DNA of 64,000 nt, taken from contig NW_021833252.1 in NCBI RefSeq assembly GCF_006345805.1, positions 1 through 64,000 on the forward strand. Direction: 5' to 3'. The notes below the pieces were generated by a model. It did no database searches, had not been told where the DNA came from, and saw only the letters and a list, made by a program, of their open reading frames with translations. A program made the translations under genes and the position numbers. Of this stretch, positions 11,051 through 22,957 are shown piece by piece. The first letter of the stretch is position 1. Every line of letters begins with the position of its first letter. The DNA comes from Octopus sinensis (taxonomy: Eukaryota).

Positions 11051-14018
11051 ATGTTTCTTTATTAGCCACACAGGGCTGCACACAGATAGAACAAATTACA
11101 AGGTAGAGCTTTTCTTTTGAAGGTTTAAAAAAAAAAAAAAAGGAAGGGGGAGTTTCGATCAAAAGGGATCGTAAAAGGAGAGAAAGAGGACAAAAAAGGG
11201 GGGTTAAAAAAAAAGGGGGAGAGGAAAAAAAAAAAATGATCAATAGGGATCGTTATCACAGAAATGTCAATATGAAGTGTAAAGGGGAGGACAGGTGGGG
11301 TTTACCCGTGGAAAGAAAAGCCTACGGAAAAGACCACGGTAACCTCGGTCAATGAAGTCACATTTTATATTTCTTTTTTTTTTTTTTTTTGCAAATAAGC
11401 AACTCTCTGTTTTCAATTTCTGGGTTCATAGGATTATGCTCAAGGTGGCTTCGTCATTCATACGTGCCATTCTTGCTACATTCATCCATCTTTTTTTAAA
11501 ACATTCGCTAGACAAACCTTGCCTCTCTACTCTCACTTTCCTTTTCAAGTGGTACTTGAAGAAGTTGATGAGAGATTGACCAGAGAGGAAAGTGTTTGTC
11601 TCCAATCCTTTCAGACGCGTCCACCAGATACATTCTTTCGCCATAGCCACAAGGATGATGAAAATAGCTCTTCCTTCCCGTTTGAAGGAAGGAGGCGCGA
11701 CAATATTGACGATAGACTCAGCTGATAAACCGACTCGTCCCACACGTGACAGCAGTTGTTCGACATAAGCCCACAGGTCGGAAATTGTTGGACACTGAAC
11801 GAGTGCGTGCAGAACGGTTTCGTCGCTCTGACCGCATCTCGGGCAGGTCGGCCCCGTGTTTCTCGAGCCGTGTCTGTAGAGCTTATCTCGAACGGGTAGC
11901 GCTTCTCGGTAGCACTGCCAGGCCAGGGATCTCTGGAAGTTGTCCATGGGCCCTGGCCCGAAAGTCGTCCTGAACAGGCGGGTCAGTTACTCCTCGTCGA
12001 CGTCCAGGTTCGCCCCGAGCTCGTCGTCGTACCTCCCCTCCACTAAACCCCTATAGAATGCTTTGGTTGTGTTGAAGTCACTTAAGGTCGACCCAGGACG
12101 GCAGAGTTGCTTGAGAGCAACGCGACACTCGCGGTGCCATTCGCCCTTCCTCGGCCTCTTTTTGATCCACGACTGCAGTTCGGTCATGGAGACGAGCTGC
12201 GGGAAAGCGTGCCTCACAAACGGCGACCACACCTGTTCACCGTCGTCTACATAGAGCCAGAGATGTCGCAGTCTCAGCGCGTGTCTGCGCATCATCAACC
12301 ACGGCATGCCCAGCCCTCCTTTTAACGGGTGTTGACAGCAAATGGATCGCCTGACCATCGGGACGCATCCTTTCCACAAGAAGCGAAAGAGGATGCGTTG
12401 TAGTTTGGTGATGGTAGGGTCGGGACAAGGTACGACGGTCAGGCGGTAGTAGATGACGGACGCGATGTACGTGTTCGCCACCTCCGCTCGACCTTTTAGG
12501 GACAGTTTCCTCTCGGCCCATTGCTGGGCGAGAGTGACCACCCTACTCGTTATCTCGTTCCATTTCTTCTCCACTTGGAGGTCCGGACCAAACCAGACCC
12601 CGAGCAACTCAACCGGGCCGTCGGTCCAGCGTCCCACGACGGAGGCGCTGGTGGACGGCATGGGCTTGCTTCTCCGGGTGCCTAGTCGCAAGCCCACTGA
12701 CTTTTCCCGGTTGATTTTCGCTCCTGTCACCGCTTCGTAGTTTTTCAGTGTCTCGCCGACCAGCTCGATGTGCTCGTGGCTAGACACTATGACGGTGACG
12801 TCGTCCGCGTATGCAGACACGCTCGTCCCGCATCCCAATTCTCGCGGGATGCCCCTTAGAGTCGCCAGCTTCCGCAGTAGTGGCTCAAGAGTCAATACGT
12901 ATAGAAGCGCCGAGAGGGGGCATCCCTGACGGATCGAACGTGCAATGTCAAAATGTCTCGATAGATGTCCATTTACGCGAATTACCGAACGGATGCCTCT
13001 GTACAAGGCAGCTATCCAGCCGCGGAAGACGGGACCGAAACCAGCCGCTCTCAGGACCGCCTCCAAGTATCGATGGTCTACCCTATCAAAGGCTTTCGAT
13101 TGATCCAAGTTGATCAGGGCCCCACCCATGCCAGGTTCGTTAACTACCCTGTCTATGATGTAGCGCATCAGATGGAGGTTGTCATGGATGGTTCGGCCTG
13201 GCACGGCGCATGTTTGCGCCTTGTCGACCAGTTTCTCGATGACAAGCGCCAACCTCTTGGCTAGCACCTTGGCCAAAATTTTCAAGTCTGCATTAAGCAG
13301 AGTGATGGGCCTAAAATTATCTATTACATTTCCCTTGTTTAGATCTTTCTTCAGCAGTGTTACGGCTCCTCGGCTCACAAAACCAGGAATGCTCCCGTTT
13401 TGCTGCCAGTTGCAGTACACCGCCGCCAAGAGATCTCCAAACAAGTCTGGCATACAATTGTAAAGCTCGTAGGGTAGACCATCCAAACCCGGTGATTTGT
13501 CCCTCGAGCATTCTGCCATCGCTTCCCGCACTTCCGCCGCCGTGATGGCACCTTCGCAGCACCCTGCCTTTCTTGTCGAGAGTCGTGGTAGGCTATGTAG
13601 GTAGGCACTGAAGTTCACCCTACGTTCTTGCCCTCCACTCGTTCCGAACAGTCGGGCAAAATGCTGCTGAAAGGCCTCACACATTTTACTTGGCTCGAGC
13701 AATTCGCGCCCCTGTTCATCTACCAGTGACCGAATGGTGGCTTTGTTGCCCTGTTGCGCCTCTGCCACCCGGGCCTCTCTCGCGGCTCCAACACCTTCGT
13801 TCCTTAGAGCACGCATCCTAGCTCTGACAGCACATCCTTCGTGTTTGGCGTTGAAGTGTTGGTCGAGGGCCAACCTCGCCGCCAAAACGTCGGATGCGAT
13901 GCCGCTTCTAATTGCCTCTTCTAGCTTCTTAACTAGCTCACCCTCTACTCTATTTCTATCTATGGCTAGTGCTTTGCTGTACCTAATCGCTTCTGCTTTT
14001 ACTGCTCTCTTGAGGGCA
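11051..14018 (-). mobile_element. L1/Tx1-type non-LTR retrotransposon, copy 1, 5'-truncated
   Basis: RT motifs, CCHC finger and about 375 nt of 3' UTR ending AATAAAGAAACAT. Both ends abut (GATA)n. Confidence 0.95.
11426..14018 (-). pseudogene. LINE ORF2 (RT plus zf-RVT), 5'-truncated, one in-frame nonsense codon at 11987-11989
   Basis: KSPGLDGLP, NFRPITLLNADLKILAK, LDQSKAFDRV, RQGCPLSALLY, AYADD and CPRCGQSDETVLHALVQC. GAG-TAA-CTG here versus Tyr (TAC) in the other copies. Confidence 0.93.
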
Positions 14019-14182
14019 GATAGATTGATAGGTAGATAGATAGATAGATCGATAGATAGATAGATAGCCAGAGAGATAGACAGATAGAGATAGACAGATA
14101 GATAGATAGATAGATGGATAGATAGAGATAGATAGATAGATGGATAGATAGAGATAGATAGATAGATAGATAGATAAAGATA
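14019..14182. repeat. (GATA)n between LINE copies 1 and 2
   Basis: Read directly. Confidence 0.95.
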
Positions 14183-15632
14183 AGTTTCTTTATTGGCCAC
14201 ACAGGGATGCACACAGATGGGACAAATTACAAGGTAGAGCTTTTCTTTTGGGGGATGAAAAAAAAAGTGGTAGGTTTTCGATCAAAAGGGATCGTAAAAG
14301 GGAAAAAGGAAAAAAAGGAAAAGTAACAAAAGAAAAGAAAAAAGAAAAAGAAGAAAAAAGAGGAAAAAAGGGGAAGAGAAAAAAAACGATCAATAGGGAT
14401 CGTGTATCACAGTGTCATGATGTACGGTGTAAAAGGGGAAGCAGATAAGGTTTATCCGTGGGAAGAAAAGCCTACGAAAAAGACCACGGTAACTTCGGTC
14501 AATATTGTTATATGTTCCCACATTTGTTTGCAAGTGGGTAACCCTCTGTTTCCAATTTCTGGGTTCATAGGATTATGCTCAAGGTGGCTTCGTCATTCAT
14601 ACGTGCCATCCTTGCTACATTCACCCATCTTTTTTTAAAACATTCGCTAGACAAAACTTGCCTCTCTACTCTCACTTTCCTTTTCAAGTGGTACTTGAAG
14701 AAGTTGATGAGAGGTTGACCAGAGAGGAAAATGTTTGTCTCCAATCCTTTCAGACGCGTCCACCAGATACATTCTTTCGCCATAGCCACAAGGATGATGA
14801 AAATAGCGGAGAAGAACTGGAACGAGATAACGAGTAGGGTGGTCACTCTCACCCGGCAATGAGCTGAGAGGAAACTGTTCCAAAAGGTCGGGTGGAGGTG
14901 GCGAACACGTACATCACGTCCGTCATCTACTACCGCCTGACCGTCGTGCCTTGTCCCGACCCTACCATCATCAAACTAGAACGCATTATCTTTCGTTTCT
15001 TGTGGAAAGGATGCGTCCCGATGGTCAGGCGATCCGTTTGCTGTCAACACCCGTTAAAAGGAGGACTGGGCATGCCGTGGTTGATGATGCGCAGACACGC
15101 GCTGAGACTGCGACATCTCAAGCTCTTCGTAGACGACGGTGAACAGGTGTGGTCGCCGTTTGTGAGGCGCGCATTCCCGCAACTCGTCTCCATGCCCGAA
15201 CTGCAGTCGTGGATCAAAAAGAGGCCGAGGAAGGGCGATGGCACCGCGAGTGTCGCGTTGCTCTCAAGCAACTCTGCCGTCCCGGGTCGACCTTGAGTGA
15301 CTCCATTATAACCCAAGCATTCTATAGGGGATTAGTGGAGGGGAGGTACGACGACGAGCTCGGGGCGAACCTGGACGTCGACGAGGAATACCTGACCCGC
15401 CTGTTCGGGACGACTTTCGGGCCAGGGCCCATGGACAACTTCCAGAGATCCCTGGCCTGGCAGTGCTACCGAGAAGTGCTACCCGTTCGGGATAAGCTCT
15501 ACAGACACGGCTCGAGAAACACGGGGCCGACCTGCCTGAGATGCAGTCAGAGCGACGAAACCGTTCTGCACGCACTCGTGCAGTGTCCAACAATTTCCGA
15601 CCTGTGGGCTTATGTCGAACAACTGCTGTCAC
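14183..15632 (-). mobile_element. Tx1-type LINE copy 2 with 5' inversion (14183-14807 in element sense, 14808-15632 inverted)
   Basis: Minus-strand AIFIILVAMAKECIWW...ATLSIIL* plus 3' UTR is joined at 14807/14808 to plus-strand EKNWNEITSRVV...YVEQLLS. Flanked by (GATA)n. Confidence 0.9.
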
Positions 15633-15670
15633 AGATAGATAGATAGATAGATAGATAGATCGATAGATAT

Positions 15671-16081
15671 ATGTTTCTTTATTAGCCACACAGGGCTGCA
15701 CACAGACAGGACAAATTATAAGGTAGAGCTTTTCTTTTGGGGGTAAAAAAAAGGGGGTTTGGTTTTCGATCAAAAGGGATCGTAAAAGGAAAGAAAGAGG
15801 ACAAAAAGGGGAGGGGATAAATAAAAAAAAGGGGGGGAAGGAAAAGAAAAAAAATTGATCAATAGGGATCGTTATCACAGAAATGTCAATATGAAGTGTA
15901 AAGGGGAGGACAGGTGAGGTTTACACGTGGAAAGAAAAGCCTACGGAAAAGACCACGGTAACCTCGGTCAATGAAGTCACATGTTATATTTCTTTTTTTT
16001 TTTTTTTTTGCAAATAGGCAACTCTCTGTATTAATTTTTACGGTTCATAGAATCATAGTCAAAGTGGCTTCATCATTCATA
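15671..16081 (-). mobile_element. Tx1-type LINE copy 3, 411 bp (end of ORF2 plus 3' UTR)
   Basis: 3' UTR homologous to copy 1, GATA repeats on both sides. Confidence 0.9.
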
Positions 16082-16114
16082 GGTAGATAGATAGATATAT
16101 AGAAAGACGAATAG

Positions 16115-16275
16115 CCGTTACCACTACCACAACAATCAGCATAACGGCCACCACTACAACCACCAGAATCACCACCGCAACAACAACAACCACCACAACC
16201 ATCACAAGCATCACCACCACCACTACCACCACCACCACCACCATAACACCGTCGCCACCATTATAACCACCAACA
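16115..16275. repeat. (ACC/AAC)n low-complexity tract
   Basis: Read directly. Confidence 0.85.
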
Positions 16276-16633
16276 CCTGTACCCTGTACGGTAGGGAGTG
16301 ATGCCCGACTCCTTCCACCCAATGAGTCTCATTTGGAACAATGGCTGGGGGTGAGTGACTCTCAAACGAACTAGGGTTTCCTGTTACGGGTCTGATTCAT
16401 TGATCACAGATGGATTGATTGGTTCATGGATAGATAGAAAGATGAATATCTAGACATAGATATCTAAGAAAAAAATAGTGATTGATGGATGGATCGATGG
16501 CTGGATCGATGGTTACATACATACATACATACTGAGATGCATCAATGGGGAGCTAGATGTGAAATAATACATAACTAGTCAGATAGATGCACAAATATCT
16601 AGCTAGATATATTGACATAGGAAAATAGTTACA

Positions 16634-16636
<3 letters not shown>

Positions 16637-16727
<91 letters not shown>
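16637..16727. repeat. Pure (CTAT)n microsatellite at the 5' junction of LINE copy 4
   Basis: Read directly. Confidence 0.95.
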
Positions 16728-16768
16728 ATACATCCAATCAAAAACAAACATAACAGAAGATGACATAA

Positions 16769-16996
16769 AAACAAACAATCACCCATACACAACACCACCA
16801 GACCACATCAAATATTACACATCTCCAAAAGTCTGCACCACACATCAAAGGCATTTCCCCCAGTGCGGTTGGTAAATGCCAAAAATATCTCACAAGAAAC
16901 TGTACTGGGATCTTCTCGAGGACAAACCAACGGAGGGAAAGCAAAAACTTTCGAGCAGTAAGTAACCCTCTGTATTCTAATTCATTAGAACTATGA
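16769..16996 (+). pseudogene. Possible C-terminal end of LINE ORF1
   Basis: An open frame of 75 codons whose TGA (16994-16996) overlaps the ORF2 ATG (ATGA). No recognisable domain. Confidence 0.4.
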
Positions 16997-19900
16997 TCAA
17001 GATTGGTTGTGTAAATGCGCGTGGCTTGGGTCCCCTTGGAAACAAGGGTACCTCTTAAATGACATTAAGTCACATAAGTTAGAAATCATAGCCATAAGCG
17101 AGACCAGACTCCACAATCTGCGGGCCCTAAAGACCATGTTTGGCGGACAGTTCAACATTTATTTTTCCCCCTGTCTGCCGAGAATGGGCGGTAGGGGCAC
17201 CGCGGTACTTTTTCACAAGAGTCTGGATCTCAATGTAAGGACAATATTCGTAGACCCGGAGGGTAGTAGATGGTCGTCCTGGATGTCGACGGCAGCAATG
17301 GGTGCGCTTTTCGACTCGTATCAGTTTACGCACCGCCCTTAACAGGTCGGGCGGATTTCTTTCAACGTCTAGAAGTTTTCTTGGGAACGTCTCGTCCTTT
17401 ACTCTTAGTGGGGGATTGGAATGCTACCTTGGACACGCATGTAGACTACGTGGGTAAAGATAGGAATAGACGGGGATGCAAATGCCTCAGAGACCTGCTC
17501 AGACGCTTTCAACTGTCTGACAGGTTCCGACTAGACCACCCGAATGCGCCAACGTGGACATGGAGCAACCGCATCGGGTCGTCGAGATCGTATCGAGATA
17601 GGATACTGTGTAGGACAGTAGATAGAGATAGCATAGGATGTCCACAATTCCACATAGTCAGCTACACGGATCACAAACTTGTGACATGTACGCTAGACTT
17701 AGGTAAGACACTTAGGCAGGGTCCCGGATACTGGAACTAAACGCGTCTTTCCCATCGAGACAAGTTTTCAGAGACCGGATTAGCACACTAGTAAAGAGGG
17801 CTTTGACGGGAGCCATCATCAACAACAAATGGTGGTTGCCCTCAAGAGAGCAGAAGCAGAAGCAGAAGCGATTAGGTACAGCAAGCACTAGCCATATATA
17901 GAAATAGAGTAGAGGGTGAGCTAGTTAAGAAGCTAGAAGAGGCAATTAGAAGCGGCATCGCATCCGACGTTTTGGCGGCGAGGTTGGCCCTCGACCAACA
18001 CTTCAACGCCAAACACGAAGGATGTGCTGTCAGAGCTAGGATGCGTGCTCTAAGGAACGAAGGTGTTGGAGCCGCGAGAGAGGCCCGGGTGGCAGAGGCG
18101 CAACAGGGCAACAAGCCACCATTCGGTCACTGGTAGATGAACAGGGGCGCGAATTGCTCGAGCCAAGTAAAATGTGTGAGGCCTTTCAGCAGCATTTTGC
18201 CCGACTGTTCGGAACGAGTGGAGGGCAAGAACGTAGGGTGGACTTCAGTGCCTACCTACATAGCCTACCACGACTCTCGACAAGAAAGGCAGGGTGCTGC
18301 GAAGGTGCCATCACGGCGGCGGAAGTGCGGGAAGCGATGGCAGAATGCTCGAGGGACAAATCACCGGGTTTGGATGGTCTACCCTACGAGCTTTACAATT
18401 GTATGCCAGACTTGTGTAGAGATCTCTTGGCGGCGGTGTACTGCAACTGGCAGCAAAACGGGAGCATTCCTGGTTTTGTGAGCCGAGGAGCCGTAAGATC
18501 TAAACAAGGGAAATGTAATAGATAACTTTAGGCCCATCACTCTGCCTAATGCAGACTTGAAAATTTTGGCCAAGGTGCTAGCCAAGAGGTTGGCGCTTGT
18601 CATCGAGAAACTGGTCGACAAGCGCAAACATGCGCCGTGCCAGGCCGGACCATCCATGACAACCTCCATCTGATGCGCTACATCATAGACAGGGTAGTTA
18701 ACGAACCTGGCATGGGTGGGGCCCTGATCAACTTGGATCAATCGAAAGCCTTTGATAGGGTGGACCATCGATACTTGGAGGCGGTCCTGAGAGCGGCTGG
18801 TTTCGGGCCCGTCTTCCGCGGCTGGATAGCTGCCTTGTACAGAGGCATCCGTTCGGTAATTCGCGTAAATGGACATCTATCGAGACCTTTCGACATTGCA
18901 CGTTCGGTCCGTCAGGGATGCCCCCTCTCGGCGCTTCTATACGTATTGACTCTTGAGCCACTACTGCGGAAGCTGGCGACTCTAAGGGGCATCCCGCGAG
19001 AATTGGGATGCGGGACGAGCGTGTCTGCATACGCGGACGACGTCACCGTCATAGTGTCTAGCCACGAGCACATCGAGCTGGTCGGCGAGACACTGAAAAA
19101 CTACGAAGCGGTGACAGGAGCGAAAATCAACCGGGAAAAGTCAGTGGGCTTGCGACTAGGCACCCGGAGAAGCAAGCCCATGCCGTCCACCAGCGCCTCC
19201 GTCGTGGGACGCTGGACCGACGGCCCGGTTGAGTTGCTCGGGGTCTGGTTTGATCCGGACCTCCAAGTGGAGAAGAACTGGAACGAGATAACGAGTAGGG
19301 TGGTCACTCTCGCCCGGCAATGGGCCGAGAGGAAACTGTCCCTAAAAGGTCGAGCGGAGGTGGCGAACACGTACATCGCGTCCGTCATCTACTACCGCCT
19401 GACCGTCGTACCTTGTCCCGACCCTACCATCACCAAACTACAACGCATCTTCTTCGCTTCTTGTGGAAAGGATGCGTCCCGATGGTCAGGCGATCCATTT
19501 GCTGTCAACACCCGTTAAAAGGAGGGCTGGGCATGCCGTGGTTGATGATGCGCAGACACGCGCTGAGACTGCGACATCTCTGGCTCTATGTAGACGACGG
19601 TGAACAGGTGTGGTCGCCGTTGTGAGGCACGCTTTCCCGCAGCTCGTCTCCATGACCGAACTGCAGTCGTGGATCAAAAAGAGGCCGAGGAAGGGCGAAT
19701 GGCACCGCGAGTGTCGCGTTGCTCTCAAGCAACTCTGCCGTCCTGGGTCGACCTTAAGTGACTTCAAAACAACCAAAGCATTCTATAGGGGTTTAGTGGA
19801 GGGGAGGTACGACGACGAGCTCGGGGCGAACCTGAACGTCGACGAGAGTACCTGACCCGCCTGTTCGGGACGACTTTCGGGCCAGGGCCCATGGACAACT

Positions 19901-20410
19901 TCCAGACATCCCTGGCCTGGCAGTGCTACCGAGAAGCGCTACCCGTTCGGGATAAGCTCTACAGACACGGCTCGAGAAACACGGGGCCGACCTGCCCGTG
20001 ATGCGGTCAGAGCGACGAAACCGTTCTGCACGCACTCGTTCAGTGGTCCACAATTCCGACCTGTGGGCTTATGTCGAACAACTGCTGTCACGTGTGGGAC
20101 GAGTCGGTTTATCAGCTGTGTCTATCGTCAATATTGTCACGCCTCCTTCCTTCAAACGGGAAGGAAGAGCTATTTTCATCATCCTTGTGGCTATGGCGAA
20201 AGAATGTATCTGGTGGACGCGTCTGAAAGGATTGGAGACAAACACTTTCCTCTCTGGTCAATCTCTCATCAACTTCTTCAAGTACCACTTGAAAAGGAAA
20301 GTGAGAGTAGAGAGGCAAGGTTGTCTAGCGAATGTTTTAAAAAAAGATGGGTGAATGTAGCAAGAATGGCACGTATGAATGACGAAGCCACCTTGAGCAT
20401 AGTCCTATGA
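16993..20410 (+). pseudogene. LINE ORF2: APE endonuclease, reverse transcriptase, zf-RVT; many frameshifts
   Basis: ATG at 16993 gives MIKIGCVNARGLG. APE motifs ISETR, GDWN (17411), DRIL and TDHK, then RT motifs (AYADD) and stop TGA at 20408-20410. About a dozen short indels break the frame. Confidence 0.92.
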
Positions 20411-20798
20411 ACCCAGAAATCGAAAACAGAGAGTTGCTTATTTGCAAAAAAAAAAAAGAAAAAAAAAAGAAATATAAAATGTGACTTCATTGACGAGGTT
20501 TACCGTGGTCTTTTCCGTAGGCTTTTCTTTCCACGGGTAACCTCACCTGTCCTCCCCTTACACTTCATATTGACATTTCTGTGATAACGATCCCTATTGA
20601 TCAATTTTTTTTTCCTCCCCCCTTTTTTTTTTTTTTTTTTAACCCCCCTTTTGTCCTCTTTCTCTCCTTTTACGATCCCTTTTGATCGAAACTCCCCCTT
20701 CCTTTTTTTTTTTTTTCTTTTTAAACCTTCAAAAGAAAAGCTCTACCTTGTAATTTGTTCTATCTGTGTGCAGCCCTGTGTGGCTAATAAAGAAACAT

Positions 20799-20823
20799 AT
20801 CTATCTATCTATCTATCTACTTA

Positions 20824-20889
<66 letters not shown>

Positions 20890-20914
20890 ATCTATCTATC
20901 TATCTATCTACTTA

Positions 20915-20975
<61 letters not shown>

Positions 20976-21118
20976 ATCTATCTATCTATTTGTCTGTCTG
21001 TCTGTCTGTCTCTCTCTATCTGTCTGTCTGTCTGTCTGTCTGCCTGCCTACCTGTCTCTATCTATCTATCTACTTATCTCTCTCTCTCTCTATCTCTCTC
21101 TCTCTCTATCTATCTATG

Positions 21119-21213
<95 letters not shown>

Positions 21214-21295
21214 GTCTACCTATCTATCTGCCTACTTGTCTGTCTGTCTGCCAGTCTATCTCTCTCTTTCTCTCTCTCTCTCTTTATCTATCTAT
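20799..21295. repeat. (TATC)n/(TC)n/(TGTC)n microsatellite
   Basis: Read directly. Confidence 0.95.
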
Positions 21296-21318
21296 ATCTT
21301 TCCCTGTTTGTCTGTCTC

Positions 21319-21376
<58 letters not shown>

Positions 21377-21515
21377 CATACGTATATCTATCAACCTACC
21401 ACGTGAATGCGTTTTCACAAAAACACGCGATGGCCAATTGCAAGTCTTGAAACACGAATCACGTTGCACGGAAAAGCAAAAAGATCCTAATCCCTTCTCT
21501 CTCTCATTTACAGCT
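21295..21515. repeat. Unclassified low-copy unit, copy c (inverted relative to a and b)
   Basis: Reverse complement of 10229-10458 with a few substitutions. Confidence 0.85.
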
Positions 21516-21867
21516 TAGTAGCTTTCTTATTGCCCCCCCCCTCTATCTCTCTCTCTCTCTCTCTCAAGCTCTTCCCGTTGAGCCCTCTTCCTCTTCATCT
21601 CCCTCCCCCTTTATTCCTCTGATGCGGCCATTAGTTAAAACACATTTGTGGTGTGTGTGTGTGTGTGTGAGAGTATGTAAGAAGATCTCGAAACAACGGG
21701 TCAGCAGAATGCATCTTTTATCTCTTAGTTGCCCTCGCTTGAGCGGGTTTGACAACTCAGCACCGTCCATTGGACGGGGGTCGTTTTGCTCCTAAGTGTA
21801 TATTTTGGGTTCTCTCATCCCGTTTTATTCTTTTAAGACAGATATTTGTCATGAAGCCAATTTTTAA

Positions 21868-22089
21868 TTACTCTTACTCTTACTCTTACTTGTTTCAGTC
21901 ATTTGACTGCGGCCATGCTGGAGCACCGCCTTTAGTCGAGCAAATCGACACCCGGACTTATTCTTTGTAAGCCCAGTACTTATTCTATCGGTCTCTTTTG
22001 CCGAACCGCTAAGTGACGGGGACGTAAACACACCAGCATCGGTTGTCAAGCAATGCTAGGGGGACAAACAGACACACACATACATATAC

Positions 22090-22120
<31 letters not shown>

Positions 22121-22195
22121 AATATATACATATATACGACAGGCTTCTTTCAGTTTCCGTCTACCAAATCCACTCACAAGGCATTGGTTGGCCTG
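21868..22195 (-). mobile_element. SINE family A, partial
   Basis: Family A body and (TTACTC)n tail. Confidence 0.85.
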
Positions 22196-22297
22196 TAATT
22201 AATAGAGCATAGTTAGGGGTAATTATCTCTTTAAGACGAATTAAAACATACCCTGTTAACTAAATGTGTATGATTATTGTTATATACAAAATATACT

Positions 22298-22957
22298 CTT
22301 TTACTTGTTTCAGTCAGTTGACTGCGGCCATGCTGGAGCACTGCCTTTTAGTCGAGCAAATCGACCCCGGGACTTATTCTTTTGTAAGCCCAGTACTCAT
22401 TCTATCGGTCTCTTTTTGCCGAACCGCTAAGTGACGGGGACGTAAACACACAAGCATCGGTTGTCAAGCAATGCTAGAGGGACAAACACAGACACACAAA
22501 CATATACACACACATACATATATATATATACATACGGCGGTGGTGCCCCAGCATGGCCGCGGCCTTCGGGCAAAAACATTTTTAAGGATTTAAGGATACA
22601 TATATATACGACAGGCTACTTTCAGTTTCCGTCTACCAAATCCACTCACAAGGCTTTGGTCGACCCAAGGCTATTGTAGAAGACGCCTGGTCAAGGTGCC
22701 ACACAGTGGGACTGAACCCGGAACCATGAGGTTGGTAAGCAAGCTATTTACCACACAGCCACTCCTACGCCTATATGTATGTGTCATATACATATATACG
22801 ACGGGCTTCTTTCAGTTTCCGTCTACCAAATCCACTCACAAGGCATTGGTCGGCCCGAGGCTATAGTAGAAGACAGTTGCCCAAGGTGCCACGCAGTGGG
22901 ACTGAACCCGGAACCATGTGGTTGGTAAGCAAGCTACTTACCACACAGCCACTCCTA
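22298..22957 (-). mobile_element. Cluster of SINE family A copies (22298-22775 and 22795-22957)
   Basis: Family A motifs repeated twice. Confidence 0.85.

Larger units (their letters stand above)
16728..20798 (+). mobile_element. Tx1-type LINE copy 4, complete ORF2 span plus about 265 nt upstream
   Basis: EN, RT, CCHC and 3' UTR ending AATAAAGAAACAT. (TATC)n on both sides. Confidence 0.95.

Noticed and set aside
12063-19776. Antisense and alternative-frame ORFs over the LINE copies
   Set aside because: They are shadows of the GC-rich ORF2 and recur only because the copies are near-identical.
16993-20410. Programmed frameshifting in LINE copy 4
   Set aside because: The indels are numerous, scattered and absent from the near-identical copy 1 where the two overlap. 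Decay or sequencing error is simpler.
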